Source: Octopus vulgaris (Eukaryota). From it: DNA of 64,000 nucleotides. This document shows, piece after piece, positions 51,478 through 63,733 of this stretch. How positions within the stretch are numbered: position 1 is the stretch's first letter; every line of letters begins with the position of its first letter. The notes under the pieces are model-generated. The model saw nothing but the letters and a program-made list of their open reading frames with translations, did not search any database and was not told the origin of the DNA. The position numbers and the translations under genes are program-made. The stretch is taken from positions 3,968,001 to 4,032,000 of the forward strand of contig OX597834.1 of the NCBI GenBank assembly GCA_951406725.2. Reading direction: 5' to 3'.

Positions 51478-52149
51478 TTTATTTACAGAGTATTTACTAA
51501 GAACAATGAAAAGGAAGACAGAGGAAGAATAAAAGTTGGACAAGTAGGGTATTCGCTTACTGCTTTAATGGAAATAAAAAGCATGTTTTGGACATCGGTC
51601 CTGCATCAAAAGAGAGAGATTACAGGGAGGGGAAAAGAGTCAGAGAAGAATGTTGTTCCATGGGAGAGTGGGGGGATAAGAGAGAAAGGGGCAGGAATGT
51701 GAATGTATCTGCCATTGTCCTCACCTTTTGTCACTCATAATATTTAGCCCTATATGCCTTTGACCCCTATTACTGTGCATCTCTCTCCCAACACTACACA
51801 ACATTCCCCCTATTTCTTAACTGTCTAAGCAACCAGCTCTCCAACCCCAAACATTTTATGCATTACCACCCATCACCTCCTCCTCCTCCTCCATGACCCA
51901 CTCTTATCTTCCTACCATTCCTCCAAATTTGGATTCACCATTATCCATGCTTCCATCCATGTTCACCATTTTCTGCATTTCTGCCAACTGTTACTCTCCT
52001 TTCACACTCTTGTGAACATACCCCACTCACCAGCCATTCTAAATTCTCAGTTCCTATTCTCTCTTTATCCCTCTTCTTGGATTTCGAGAGAATGCCCTGA
52101 AACCTCTTCTTTATAATCGCTTCTCCCCTTTCACCTGGGGTAGCAGCCA

Positions 52150-52700
52150 TGCATCTCCTCTGCATGAACATGTAGTATCTCAAGGATACTACATCTGATG
52201 TTGAGGAAGCCATTTCAATAGTCCCAGAGTTTCCAAATGAAGGGGTCCAGAGAGGTGGGGTTTTTTCCTATCCTTACACCTGAAAGAGTTCATGTGTTGT
52301 GCTATCTTCCCTTAAAGTCATTGGTTGTCATGCCTGTGTAGTTTCTTGTGATGTGTAGCGTCTTGTGATGCTATCAGATGGTGTGAGGGTGGCCTTATAA
52401 ACTACAACCTTTGAGGGGGGCAAGTTCCCTCAAGTGGGCAGTTGGTAGAATTCCAGCACTTACAGCTTGAGGCATAGAGTGGGAGCTGTTATAGGTGTGC
52501 ATTTGTGTCTAATGCAGTATGTGATGTTTGAAGTGATATTATATAAGAGCAGATAACCTTGACATTATCAGTTGAAGAGTTTATAATATCTATGGCTCAT
52601 GAAATGCTTTGTAATTAACAGCAGGAAGCTCCCGGTCATATTATTGGAAATGTTTACATTGTATAGGGGGGATTGAACCAGATTATCTTCTTTCTATTTC
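52150..52700 (-). mobile_element. Penelope-like element remnant: linker plus GIY-YIG endonuclease, frameshifted
   Basis: Successive motifs RKKIIWFNPPY, ITKHF, CKC..STNCPLEGTC, VVYKATL, YTGMTTNDFKGR, HMNSFR, FIWKL. Confidence 0.8.
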
Positions 52701-52744
52701 TGTTTGGGTTCAGGATGGTGGGAAAGTCTTATGTATGTATGTAT

Positions 52745-52796
<52 letters not shown>

Positions 52797-54577
52797 ATCA
52801 TTTGATAAGTTTGCAAGAGTGTGAAAGGAGAGTGACAGATGGGGAGAGGGCTGAATGCAGTGAATGGTGAACACAAGAGGCAATGTGGTCAATGATGAAT
52901 TTCAGGTGAAAGGGCGAGGGGGACGAAAGGATAAGTAGCAGCGTATATGGAGAAGTGATAAGGGAGACAAACATTATAAGACACTAGAGAGAAAGAGAGA
53001 GATGAAAAACAGAAGGGTTGATAAAGTGAGCCAAAAAAGATTGGGGGAAGGGGCTACTGCTGGTAGGCATGAGAAGGCATTCAGTGAGAAATAAAATAAG
53101 GGATAATATTGAGAATGCAGAATAGGTAAATGGGTCCAAGTAGTAGGAAAACTTGTACCACAGAAGAGAAGGGGTGGGGGTTAAAATATGTGCAGTTCTG
53201 GCTTCATATTACAACAGTTGAGCAAAATACTATTGTAATAGGAAGTGTGATAGGGGGCACAAGTGTTATGAAGGTGTGATGTGGACAGGAACAGCCTGGG
53301 TGTGAGGAGGGCATGGACATGGATGATATGCTTTCAGGACCTCATTTTCACGGGTCTTTTGTCTTCTAGGTGAGGCTCAACAACTTGAGGTAGTTCATTA
53401 TATACAAAATATAATGAAATGTAAACAACATTATTGGCATCCTTAAGTATTATAAATAGTTGTTTCCAAAAGTTAGTGGTTGGGTTTTCTCAATATTTCA
53501 GTAAAAAAAATACAATATTGTAATTGTGATCTGCCCTCGTATATCCATAATCATGCAAATTAAACAAAAGCAAAGTGATAAAAATAGCAAACAAGAGATA
53601 ATAAAACAAAATAAGGAAGTGGTACTAGCCAGATAGAGAGAAGGTTAGAGAGAGAAGTAGTGAGAGGAGGAAATCATATTAGCAAAGAGGGAAAAAAATA
53701 CATACCAACAACAGTCTTAATGTATACATCAGAGAAAACAACAACAACAACAATCATGGGATATTAGAGAGAGAAATAAGAGTGGAGATAGTGCAAAGTG
53801 AGCAATTAAGGTTGAGTAAAGTTATAGTCAGGCCATAAAATTGACCAGTAAGCCCTGACAGTTGTTATGTGGAGCTTCAGGTCCAGAGATCTCAAATAGG
53901 CAGACAAATTGCACATTAGTGGTTTTGTTATATCGTCATCAGTAGCTTTCATTATTTATAAAGACCATGTTTGAACTATTTTTGTTTGAAGTTTGCAACG
54001 AATCAAATACATACATTCACGTATGTATTGTGTACACATGTGCAGGCAATCTCTCATACTGATTGGAACCTGTCTACACACTGTTCCAAAACACATATAC
54101 GGGTTTACACCAACATATGAAAATTATAGGCACAGCAGGATGGATGTCTGCTGCTGCTATCTCTGACCAGACAAAGACACTGTTCCTTCTTTCCAGACTA
54201 AATTGTAATAGTTTCTAAACAGCCCCATTTTTTTGCAACACCTTTCAAATACCTTGCTTACATTCACAAAACTGGTCAATGGTCTCAAACTGATGAACCT
54301 ATCCTAAATCATTATGCAAATACCCTGTCTTTGTATCTCTGTCCTATTTGTAGTACCATGTGGAAGCTGGTCTATATAGATATATATACACACACACATC
54401 ATTTATTCAGTTACATGTGTATACAAGTTACGAGTTCTATATGTGTGAGTATAGATTTGTACCATTGTCACACATTGTACACCACTGCAGAGTTACGGAA
54501 AACACAAATGGCTGCCTTGAGACGCAAATATACGAAAGTAGAAGTAAAATGGTGTCTATATATGTATAGTGTCTTAC

Positions 54578-54709
54578 CAAGAAGTGATTCTGGCCGGTTG
54601 CTTGAGTTTAGGGTTCCTGAAGAGGAAAACTCAGGGCTTCGTTTGTAATAAAGAGCACTGGTTGATACAGACAGATGTTTTGATGGTGGAACACTTGCTG
54701 GATAAGAAC
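54578..54709 (-). CDS. MAP7: MAP7-family exon GSYPASVPPSKHLSVSTSALYYKRSPEFSSSGTLNSSNRPESLL
   Basis: tcattgactccag|GT ... TTG|gtaaga, 132 nt, phase 1-1. Confidence 0.8.
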
Positions 54710-55586
54710 CTGGAGTCAATGACACATAACAATCCATGCAAATCGATTGACAAAAGACAGGACATGGCATGCAAGCTAAACGGAGGCATTCGTTTGTTGG
54801 CAAACAAAATATATATAAAGTAAAAATAAAATTAACATTTCACATTAGTATACGGTTTAATTCTTAATACATGCACAGCCATTTTTGAAAAATAATTTTA
54901 GGGATAAAAACCAACAATACAGCATAAACCAATTTTTGTTGTGCACTTCAAGAAAAAAAAAGAAAAATCTACAGAGCTGAGAGAAAAATCACACATCAAA
55001 ATCAAGGTACTTTGGTTGTAAAGCTTACATGCTGTATTTAGGGCTTTTCATCGCAAAATTATTTAAGAAAATATGCATATTCTTATATAGAATTAAAATA
55101 AGATATATATTAAGGAGGAGGAGATTATAAAATAAAATTCAAATTAGAGAAAAAAATGTATATTAAGTGTATACAATGGGAGATATACAACTAAAGGATA
55201 TCCAAAATACATCAAGCCGCAACTTGAGACATGTCATAAAATATACTGCCTGAATGACAGGTGTCACAAATGCAAAGATAAAAGTCTCCCAGTCCTAATT
55301 CTACATGTTAATTTATTCTCTTTTTAACATTCAGTTAATTCAGTTTCTTTTGAAATCATTTTTTGTTACTCTTCTTGGTAAGTACCAATAGTATCTTTTA
55401 TATCCAATCGGAAGCAATCATGTCAAGCAAAGAGGAGATAGAGTATATATCTGTGTGTGTGTATGCAGATACACACACATATACACACTCTTTTCGAGAG
55501 AAGAACAAGAGAAAAGAGCAAGATTGGAATGAAGGTTAGTTCTTGTCTAAAAAACCTCACGCAACACAAACGCTTGAAATACATAC

Positions 55587-55619
55587 CCTGACCTGTCGGT
55601 GCATTATCAGAACTGCCTT
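55587..55619 (-). CDS. MAP7: candidate 33-nt microexon GSSDNAPTGQ
   Basis: ccatttctatgtag| ... AGG|gtatgt, phase 1-1, strong sites, no stop. Confidence 0.7.
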
Positions 55620-56559
55620 CTACATAGAAATGGTAAATGATAGAAAATTATGAGGATTGTAAAAAAACAAAAATTTTGTGTCATGATGTCAGTATCATAC
55701 CACAACCACCACCACTATTATTATTATAACACCACAACTAGTTTCAACCAATAAAGATTTCTCACCCTCTTAAGAACTGTATAAGTCAATTAAGACAACC
55801 AAGCACATGCATGCCCGGTACATATCTTATTGACCTCAGAAGAATGGAAAATAGAAATGTAGAACTTTAACTCAGAACTCAGAGAAATAAACAAGGATGT
55901 CACAAAGTGCCAGGGTTCTGCCATTTCTGTGCCACCACCACTGCTGCTATCACTGAAGCCAGGCCCACCACCACTGATTATAATAATTTTAAGTCAAGTT
56001 ACTAACATCAGGAAAATTAATCAATTCACTTTGTAGGGCAAATGAAAATATAGAGGTTTTCTTTGTTTGGTTTAGGAAGGAGGAAATGCCCATAGCCTTG
56101 AAGGATTGATATGGTTGGTGCTCTCAGGTTGTAACTTGGTGTCTGAAGGTAAAATGGACATTTGGAGGGAATGCCAGACAACTGACATTATTAAGAGGGA
56201 TTAGAGAAAGTGAGTGCAGGGCCAGGGACGAGGCATTGTAGTGCTAATAAAGGAAGGAGGGATGAAGGGTCAGCTAGGCCTGAGAGGAGGTGGCATACAA
56301 TAAACTGGTTCAGATAAACAAAGGCCACTTTGGAGCAATAATAATAAGAAAAGAACGCAATCTAGAACATGGACAAGAAGTTGGAGTGAGATGCCAAATG
56401 TTTGTCTGTCACTCATACGACCTTCATCTGGAAGTGGTGTAGAATGTTTATGTGAGCAACAGTACTGTTTCATATATAAGAATAGCACTACATTGCTGGC
56501 TTATTGCATCATAGAATTCTGTAACTAATCAAAGGAGAATTGATATTCAGGCTCTGAAA

Positions 56560-57130
56560 AGAAAATTAAGCTTTTACAATGCACTTTTGGCAATGTTACA
56601 TGTATGGCATCTTCAAGATTGCTACAAATGATGACATTTTGTAGGAATGAAGAGTAATACCGTCCGTATAAAACTGAGCTTTGTTGGATTTGATTTTCAA
56701 AAGGAGAGCAAGAGAGAAAACCAGACCTTGGAACATACCAGAGTTGATTGAAAGTGATTTTAAGGACTGTTTATAGTTCAAAATGAAGAAGGTTCAAATG
56801 ATTCTTTGTCTTTGGTATAAGTAATGATTGTGTCTTGATGCTCGATAAAGAGACTAGATTGTCACACCTCTGTTTGAGGAGTTTTGAGGTGCATATATTC
56901 ATGTGGGTGATACAGGTTTTGCATGAAGGAATGATATTATCTGCATAGAGCTGAGCATTGTTAGTAGCAACAAACAGCAGCAGGTTAATAATACATATAG
57001 AACAAAGTGAGTCAACATTAGAGTTGAGAGAATATGCGTTAGGTAAGGCACTGTCAATATATTTGGTCAGTGGTTGCCAACACGAGGAGAGCATCAGCAA
57101 ATGAATACCTTCTTTGAATGTCCACAGAAA
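56560..57130 (-). mobile_element. degenerate CR1/Crack-like RT fragments
   Basis: INSGMFQG, YADNI and YTDG motifs; about 56640-56760 duplicates about 58090-58195. Confidence 0.6.
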
Positions 57131-57689
57131 TACTGTTTTGAAACAAAACACTATCGACATACAATTTATTGACTTAATTATCTACCAAGAAAGTAATATG
57201 CTAACTGGTCTCTCCAATCTAGCCCTTGATAACAAAGGGTTCATAAGCAGTATCACCACTGCCAGTTAAAGAGAGTAGTCAATTACTGAGGAAATCCCAG
57301 CAGGATTGAAACTAGCTCAACTGATCCTCTTTCTCTGTTCATGAATAAATCGTACATATAAAGACAAGGTGGTTACATCTGCCTACACTTAGTGTTGGCT
57401 GAAAATCTATAGATATATTCCATAATGTAGTAAAGTAGCAATGCTATACTATAGCATACAGTCATAAAAATTTACTAAGAGATATTAAAGGGAATCACAA
57501 ATAAAGATAGATAACTTCCGAGGAGGAAACTAAAAAGAGATGAAATAAGGTTAATAAACACTATTTAAAAGAATAACACTATCTTTATAAAGAGATGTAC
57601 AGTGAATTAATTCTAAAGATTTATCTGTACCCATACAAAGGTTCTACTGAAGGTGATACAAAAGTGAGGATAACTATTTAATTAATTGC

Positions 57690-58430
57690 ACAAGTTGGTA
57701 GGGTAACTTCTCCACAATACAAAAAAAAGTATCTCGATCACAAATGATACCATCACTCAACTCAATTTTTGAATCCTCTTTGAGAAAAAATTCAAATGTG
57801 CCTTGTTGTAAGCACTCACCACAGATATGGTCCTAGCTATGATGTGCAATTTGCCTGGAGGAATCCTAGATGTTGGTGAGGTGCAGAATTTGGAGTAACT
57901 GTGGAGGCTTTGATTGAGGTATGTGGTGTAATGATAGTTTCTTGAATTTTTTTTGGTGGTTGTTGAAAGAGAGATTGTCATGGATCTACATGAGAATGTT
58001 TCCAAAGTCAGTGTTCATAGAATCAATTGAGGCATGTAGTATTCAGATTACATGTGGATGCCACATGACTAGGGAAGGAGATTAGGGAGGAATGAAGAGT
58101 AATACTGTCTGCATAAAAGTGGGCTTTGTTGGATTTGATTTTCAAAAGGAGAGCACGAGAGAGTTTGGAACATACCAGAGTTGATTGAAAGTGTAAGAGA
58201 AAGGGCTTTGTCAACAGCAGCGGTGCCGTCTGATATGAAGTTACCAATCCAAAAGTTGAAGAATGGATGAAGCCCATAGGCAAGAAGTTTTGAAAGGAAA
58301 TTTGCATGCTGGACATGGTTGAAAGCTTTGCTGATGTCTAGGGCAGTAATATTGCTTTCACCAAAATTCTTTAACATGAGGGCCAACCTATGGGTGACAC
58401 GACAGAACAGATGTCCAGTATATCTGAAAG
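57690..58430 (-). mobile_element. CR1/Crack-like LINE RT and 3' remnant
   Basis: ALDISKAFNHVQH..LSKLLAYG, WIGNFISD, INSGMFQ, YADSITLHSS. Confidence 0.8.
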
Positions 58431-58569
58431 CTGAACTTGTGTGTGTGAGAGAGAGAGAGAGAGTGAGAGAGAGAGTGAGAGAAAGAGAGAGAGATAAGGT
58501 GTTGAAGATTGCCAATGTTAATGGCTGTTTCTTATTTTTCTTTATGTCTTGTTTTCATAAGTTTTGAAT

Positions 58570-58721
58570 TAAAATCTTCCACCAAACCTTAGTCACAATT
58601 TATGTTCCTAACACTTGCTTAATGATAACCAAGTTATTTTACTAAATTCTTTGTTATATCCAAAATAATTGAGAGAAAGACAGAGTATCTCAAAAAAAAA
58701 AATACAGAATTGAAAGGGTTA
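58570..58721. mobile_element. piggyBac-type MITE end fragment
   Basis: Ends GAAAGGG|TTAA. Confidence 0.45.
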
Positions 58722-59808
58722 AATAATATACAAAGGAAAACAAACCTACAATATAATCAATCAATCAATCTATTAACCTCTGAGTAAATGTTTAGCAAAA
58801 ATTTTAAAAAAGATTTCAGAATATGAACATAAAAATAAGGTTGAAATTGATTACAATCCTCAAATAATTATCTCAAGGCAATAAAGATATCAAATGTACG
58901 ATCAAACACTCACACATTCATGTATTTAGGAAACAAATTTCCTTTTCAGCATATTATGCTTGAAACATGATTATGTTCAACTTTAATCTTTTCGTTAAAT
59001 ATTTTTCTTGTCATTTCTTCCTGCTTAATCTGAAACAATAACCTTCTTAAGCTCGTTAACATATTTGGAGCTTTCTGGATTTCATTCACTGAATGAAGTG
59101 TGACTGATAATGGTGTTCCTGTAGTTGGCAGCAAATGGTCATAGGAATAATATCGCAAACTGCTAAATTTTTCATCAATGGATGCAAAAGCCTTACCTGC
59201 ACATACACCCCACCCACACTCCACAAACACAAAATATAAAAAAAATTTCTTTTTAAATTAACGAACAATCTTTTGAATCCCAATTAACAGAATGTCGCAC
59301 AACTTACAAAAGTGGATTCCAAACTGACAAACACCAGTCCCAATCAACATCCGTGAAACTGTTTGTCTCTCACCCCAACCATACTATATTTCTTTACTAC
59401 CCACGAGGGGCTAAACATGGAGGGGACAAACACATATCATTAACAAAAAGACAATAAAGTTTCCACCCACATAAGTCTTCTTTCGTAACTACGGTACTGG
59501 CCAAGCTAAAAGAAAAAGTTTCATGTGGTGGTTGCATATGTGACATTGTAGACCTCACTCCAGGGAAACAAATGGTGGTGGGTGGGGCATGGATGCTATT
59601 TCTCTCTACAAAACACCTGCCCTGTAGTATCACCAAATCTCATCACAAGTTTTACACTGTCACTTTGCAAAAACAACTGAACCCTTGCTGACCTAATGCG
59701 CCTCTCCCTCACTTGTCAATAGGTGCCTCGACAAGTTGCATATTTCACGATTCTTGGCAGCATGCGAGAGGAGATACTATATAATTGACGAGTGAATTCA
59801 TTAGAATG

Positions 59809-60027
59809 CAGTGGTTTTCAACCAGGGTTCCACGGAACTTTAGGGTTCCGCCAGTACAGTCCAGGGGTTCCGCAAGAAGTTACAAAACTGCTAAAATCAG
59901 CAGTTATTTTTAATACTCCTGTGCAGATATGTGTGCATAAGACTATTAAATTATTGCACAGGGGTTCCTCGAGCCAGTGGAGTGTTTCCTTGGGGTTCCA
60001 CTCCAGCAAAAAGTTTGAAAAGCACTG
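59809..60027. mobile_element. hAT-type MITE
   Basis: TIRs CAGTGGTTTTCAA / TTGAAAAGCACTG; repeated internal GGGTTCC motifs. Confidence 0.75.
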
Positions 60028-61828
60028 CTCTAATGAGTCACAAGGCATATAATGAAAAACATCTAGGGCACTAGAATCCTAACCACAAGAACCAAACAAA
60101 TGAATAACACTTGGTAAACCAATATGTATTCCAGAGGGATGTGGAAGCCCCAAAAGAAATCTGAAGATAAATGGCAATATTCCTTTCTTTGTGATGTCTT
60201 GTCGAAATAACCCCATGAGGAAGACTGAGAAGGATTGAGAAAAGTAAGGGAAAGGATTCATTAAAATACAACACTCCAAATGACTGTAAATGCCCCCCAT
60301 GTAACCATAGTAATTTGGGTAAGTGTGCATGTGTGTATAAAATAAAAAATACTAAATAATGTGATTCAAGGGCTGAAAGATCAAAAACATCCAAAGTATA
60401 ATGTGCAGCTGAAATCTCCATCCTGTTACCCAAAGATTAAGTGCCTGGTGTTTTCCCCCCAACAACCTTGCCCCTACTGTGTGCTCACCTCATTTCATGG
60501 TCCCTATTGTATGTGTTTATCACCACCAGCAACAGAAAGTCTTCATTTCCATTAGACCCCTGCTTCCACACAAACTCCCTGCTAATACTGATTAAATAGA
60601 CTTGCAATCTGTGGGTCCTCTGCTTCTCAGAAACAAACCAAAACACCCAGAAGAAACCTGAACTTATTCCCCCAAACGCATTTATGCACACACGAAAACA
60701 ACGATGAAAGAAGCTACTTTGATGATATTCCTAATCTAAGTTTCCGTTTCATTTCTGAGTAGTGAAACAACCAAGCAGAAGCATGATCCATGTGCTCTTC
60801 CACTGCAGCACTGTGTACCGTCAGAGAGAATTATAAAGAAGTCATCCAAGTGAATGGAGTCACGATGGTCATTAGGGACACAGTAAAGTCGTTATTGCAA
60901 CTAATTTTACAGAGAGAAAAAGATGTTACGAAACACGAATGATTTAATTTATATTAACATTTTCGAGTTTATGCATAAGGGTGGGAGAGAAGAAATGGCT
61001 GGAATGGATAACAAACAGGTTCTATGAAGTGCGAAATTAATGAAACACAGAAGGGGATTAGATTTGAAGATGACCCACCATATCTACATTGGCTACACTT
61101 CATCAGAAAAAGCACGGTGAGGGGACAGTAGGGTCAGGTGTTTTTGTTTTTCACTACTTACATGGAAAGATGGATTGGACAGGAATAGGAATATTATGAA
61201 GCAGAGAAAAAGTACAGGCACTGCTGTGTGGTTTAGAAGTTTGCTTCACAACCAACTGGTTGGTTGCTAGGCACAATCCTACTCATAGCCTTGAGTTGGC
61301 CAGTGCCCTTGTGAGTGGCATTTGGGAGGTGGAAACTGGGTAGCTATCCACTGTGTGTGTGTACTTTGATTTTAACAAAGAGGAGGGAAAATACTCAATA
61401 TCATAGTAGAGAGCAATAGTTTAAGGCTAATACTGTTTGAAGAATGACAACATACTGGGGAAATAATGACCACTAGTTCGAATCAGAAGGAGAGAGTGAG
61501 AGAGAGAGTGTGTGTGTGTGTGTGTGTATGTAAGAGACAGGCAGACTGTGTGTGTGAAAGAGACAAGCAGACACTGTGTGTGTGTGTCTTTTAATGGTGA
61601 ATACTGGAAAGAGATTTAAACACTGGTGAATCAACCAATAAACAGACGCTTTCAAACAAATTGCCAAGAGGTATTTGTTCTGCTTTAGTTGTACAGATAA
61701 TTTTTCTTGCTACAATAGCCATTGTAAATGAAGTGAAATAGCAACTGGCCTCCTGGAAACCTGTAACCAATGGAGATATTCACATTATTTACATTTGACG
61801 GATATTTGTCCTCATCTTGTTTGTTGTT

Positions 61829-61872
61829 AACATGTTTCAGCTGATATACCCTCCAGCCTTCATCAGGTTTCC
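61829..61872 (-). ncRNA. minimal hammerhead motif, left arm
   Basis: CTGATGA-A-GGCTG-GAGGGTATAT-CAGCT-GAAACATGTT; stem II intact, small deletion at stem III/I relative to the right arm. Confidence 0.6.
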
Positions 61873-62115
61873 TGGGGAAATTTCGAACCTGGGTTCTAAT
61901 CTCTAAGGTAATTTTCAATGTTATTATTAGTATTATTATTATTATTATTATTATTCAGGTCATTGCTTGGAATCGAACTTGGAATCTTAGGGTTAGTAGC
62001 CCATACTCTTAACCCCAAGATTCTGAGTTCGATTCCAGGCAGTGACCTGAACAATAGCAACAACAACATCGAAAAATACCTTAGGAATGAGAATCCAGGT
62101 TCGAAATTTCTGCAA

Positions 62116-62144
62116 GACACCTGATGAAGCCGAAACGTTGTGTT
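62116..62144 (+). ncRNA. minimal hammerhead motif, right arm (stem II deleted)
   Basis: GACAC-CTGATGA-AGCC-GAAACGTT-GTGTT: stem I GACAC/GTGTT, palindromic AACGTT stem III. Confidence 0.6.
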
Positions 62145-62411
62145 AACAACAAACAAGATGAGGAGAAATATCCGTCAATTGTAAATAATGTACATAATTC
62201 CTCATCTCTTAAATATAGAACTGAATGATGTTTACAAAAATGGACATAAAAAGAAGAAGGCAAAGTCAAGAGAAAGAAAGAAAGAAAAAAAAGAGAGGAG
62301 GGTGTGTGTGTGTGTGTGAAAGAGAGAGAAATGCATGGAAAATGAAGAAATTTTAGATACTAATAGAATAAATACTATTCTGTTGACAAATAAAGCTAAA
62401 CAGAAAAATAC

Positions 62412-62504
62412 TTTTATCTTTTTCTGACTGTTCAAGGTATGAGTCATTAAAAGTAATCTCCCTCGGATATCGTCTCATTTCCATGTATATTAGTACCACC
62501 ATCA
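62412..62504 (-). CDS. candidate alternative first or cassette exon MVVLIYMEMRRYPREITFNDSYLEQSEKDK
   Basis: ATG at 62502 (or acceptor tag| at 62504); AAA|gtattt phase-1 donor is compatible with the downstream MAP7 exons. Confidence 0.35.
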
Positions 62505-63733
62505 CTATATCGTTATCCGTAAGGTAATATATGTAAATGAAGACAACGGTCAACAGAAGATTGCTTTATACAAACAACAACAAACATACACACACATGTG
62601 CACAAATAAAAAACAAAAAGATAACATAATACAAATAAAAATAACAGTAAATAAAAAAAACGAAAGCATGAAATAGAAAATGTTTCTTTTTTGAAAAGAA
62701 AGGCAAAATAATGGCAAAAAAAAAAAAGTTTTAAAAAATAAATTAAAAAATATACAACAAAAGAAACAAAATAAATAAATAAATGTACAAACAAGCCAAA
62801 AGTGCAAGAATCATTTAAAGGAAGCTGAAGCAAAGCGAAGCAATAGAAAAAAACAAGCTACAGGCAGGAAGAAGATAAAAAAACGTAAATAAGGGCAATA
62901 ATTGCAACAAGATTATTATCATTATTAAATAATAATAATAACAATAATACTAATAATAATACTAATTATGATATTCAGCCACATGCAGTTCTCTTTTCTA
63001 CGAGGGGAGCGGGGCGTATTTTGGGCCCATTTGATCACAACATCACAAGCGGCACAAATACACAATGCTACAGACGGTAACACAACAGGCCCAGATGTCT
63101 TGGAGACACATCAGCAATGCAATACAAACTGAAGATTGTCCGGCTGGCGGTGGAACGCCTGTCCTATGTCTTGGACAACTGAAATTCTCCGGTTTCGACA
63201 TTTCCGAATATGCGCGCGCGTGTGTGTGTGTGTCAGCACACATGCACTCATACATATAAATGATTTCGGCATGTTGGGTTGGTAGTTAATAATTAGTAAT
63301 GTTTAGTAGTGTTTAGTAAGGAAAGCAATAAGAAATCATGCAGTTTCAAATTTAGGGGATTTTCTTAGGGTACAAAAAAATTAAAGGAAAAAAAAAAAAA
63401 AGAAGAAGAACCTAAATATAAAAGGAAATTATAAAAAAATACCATACCTATACCAAGCACATCTACGGTGGAGTGCGTGTGTGCATATGTATATCTGTGT
63501 GTGTATATATATACATATATATACACACACACACATGCATACACGCACACACATTCACACACGCACACATATATTATTTATTCATTTATATATATATATA
63601 TATATATGTATGGGTGTGTGAGTGTGAGGGAACATGCATGTAACCTTGATAAATATGTATCCATCAAAGAAGAAATAAAGAAACACAACCACTAAAACAA
63701 AACAAGCAGAGAAAGAACATTGAAAATAGAAAC

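Larger units (their letters stand above)
61782..62223. mobile_element. head-to-head fold-back element: tRNA-like head, (AAT/AAC)n spacer and hammerhead in each arm
   Basis: Arms 61782-~61995 and ~62010-62191 are reverse complements; B-box GTTCGATTCC in both; 32-nt extension 62192-62223 on the right arm only. Confidence 0.85.

Noticed and set aside
60602-60625. 24-nt phase-1 microexon AEDPQIA
   Set aside because: GAG acceptor and gtctat donor are both weak; likely chance
63130-63197. Plus-strand CTGAAGA-TTGTCC..GGACAA-CT-GAAA hammerhead-like string
   Set aside because: Two extra bases before GAAA, stem III mostly wobble pairs and no stem I
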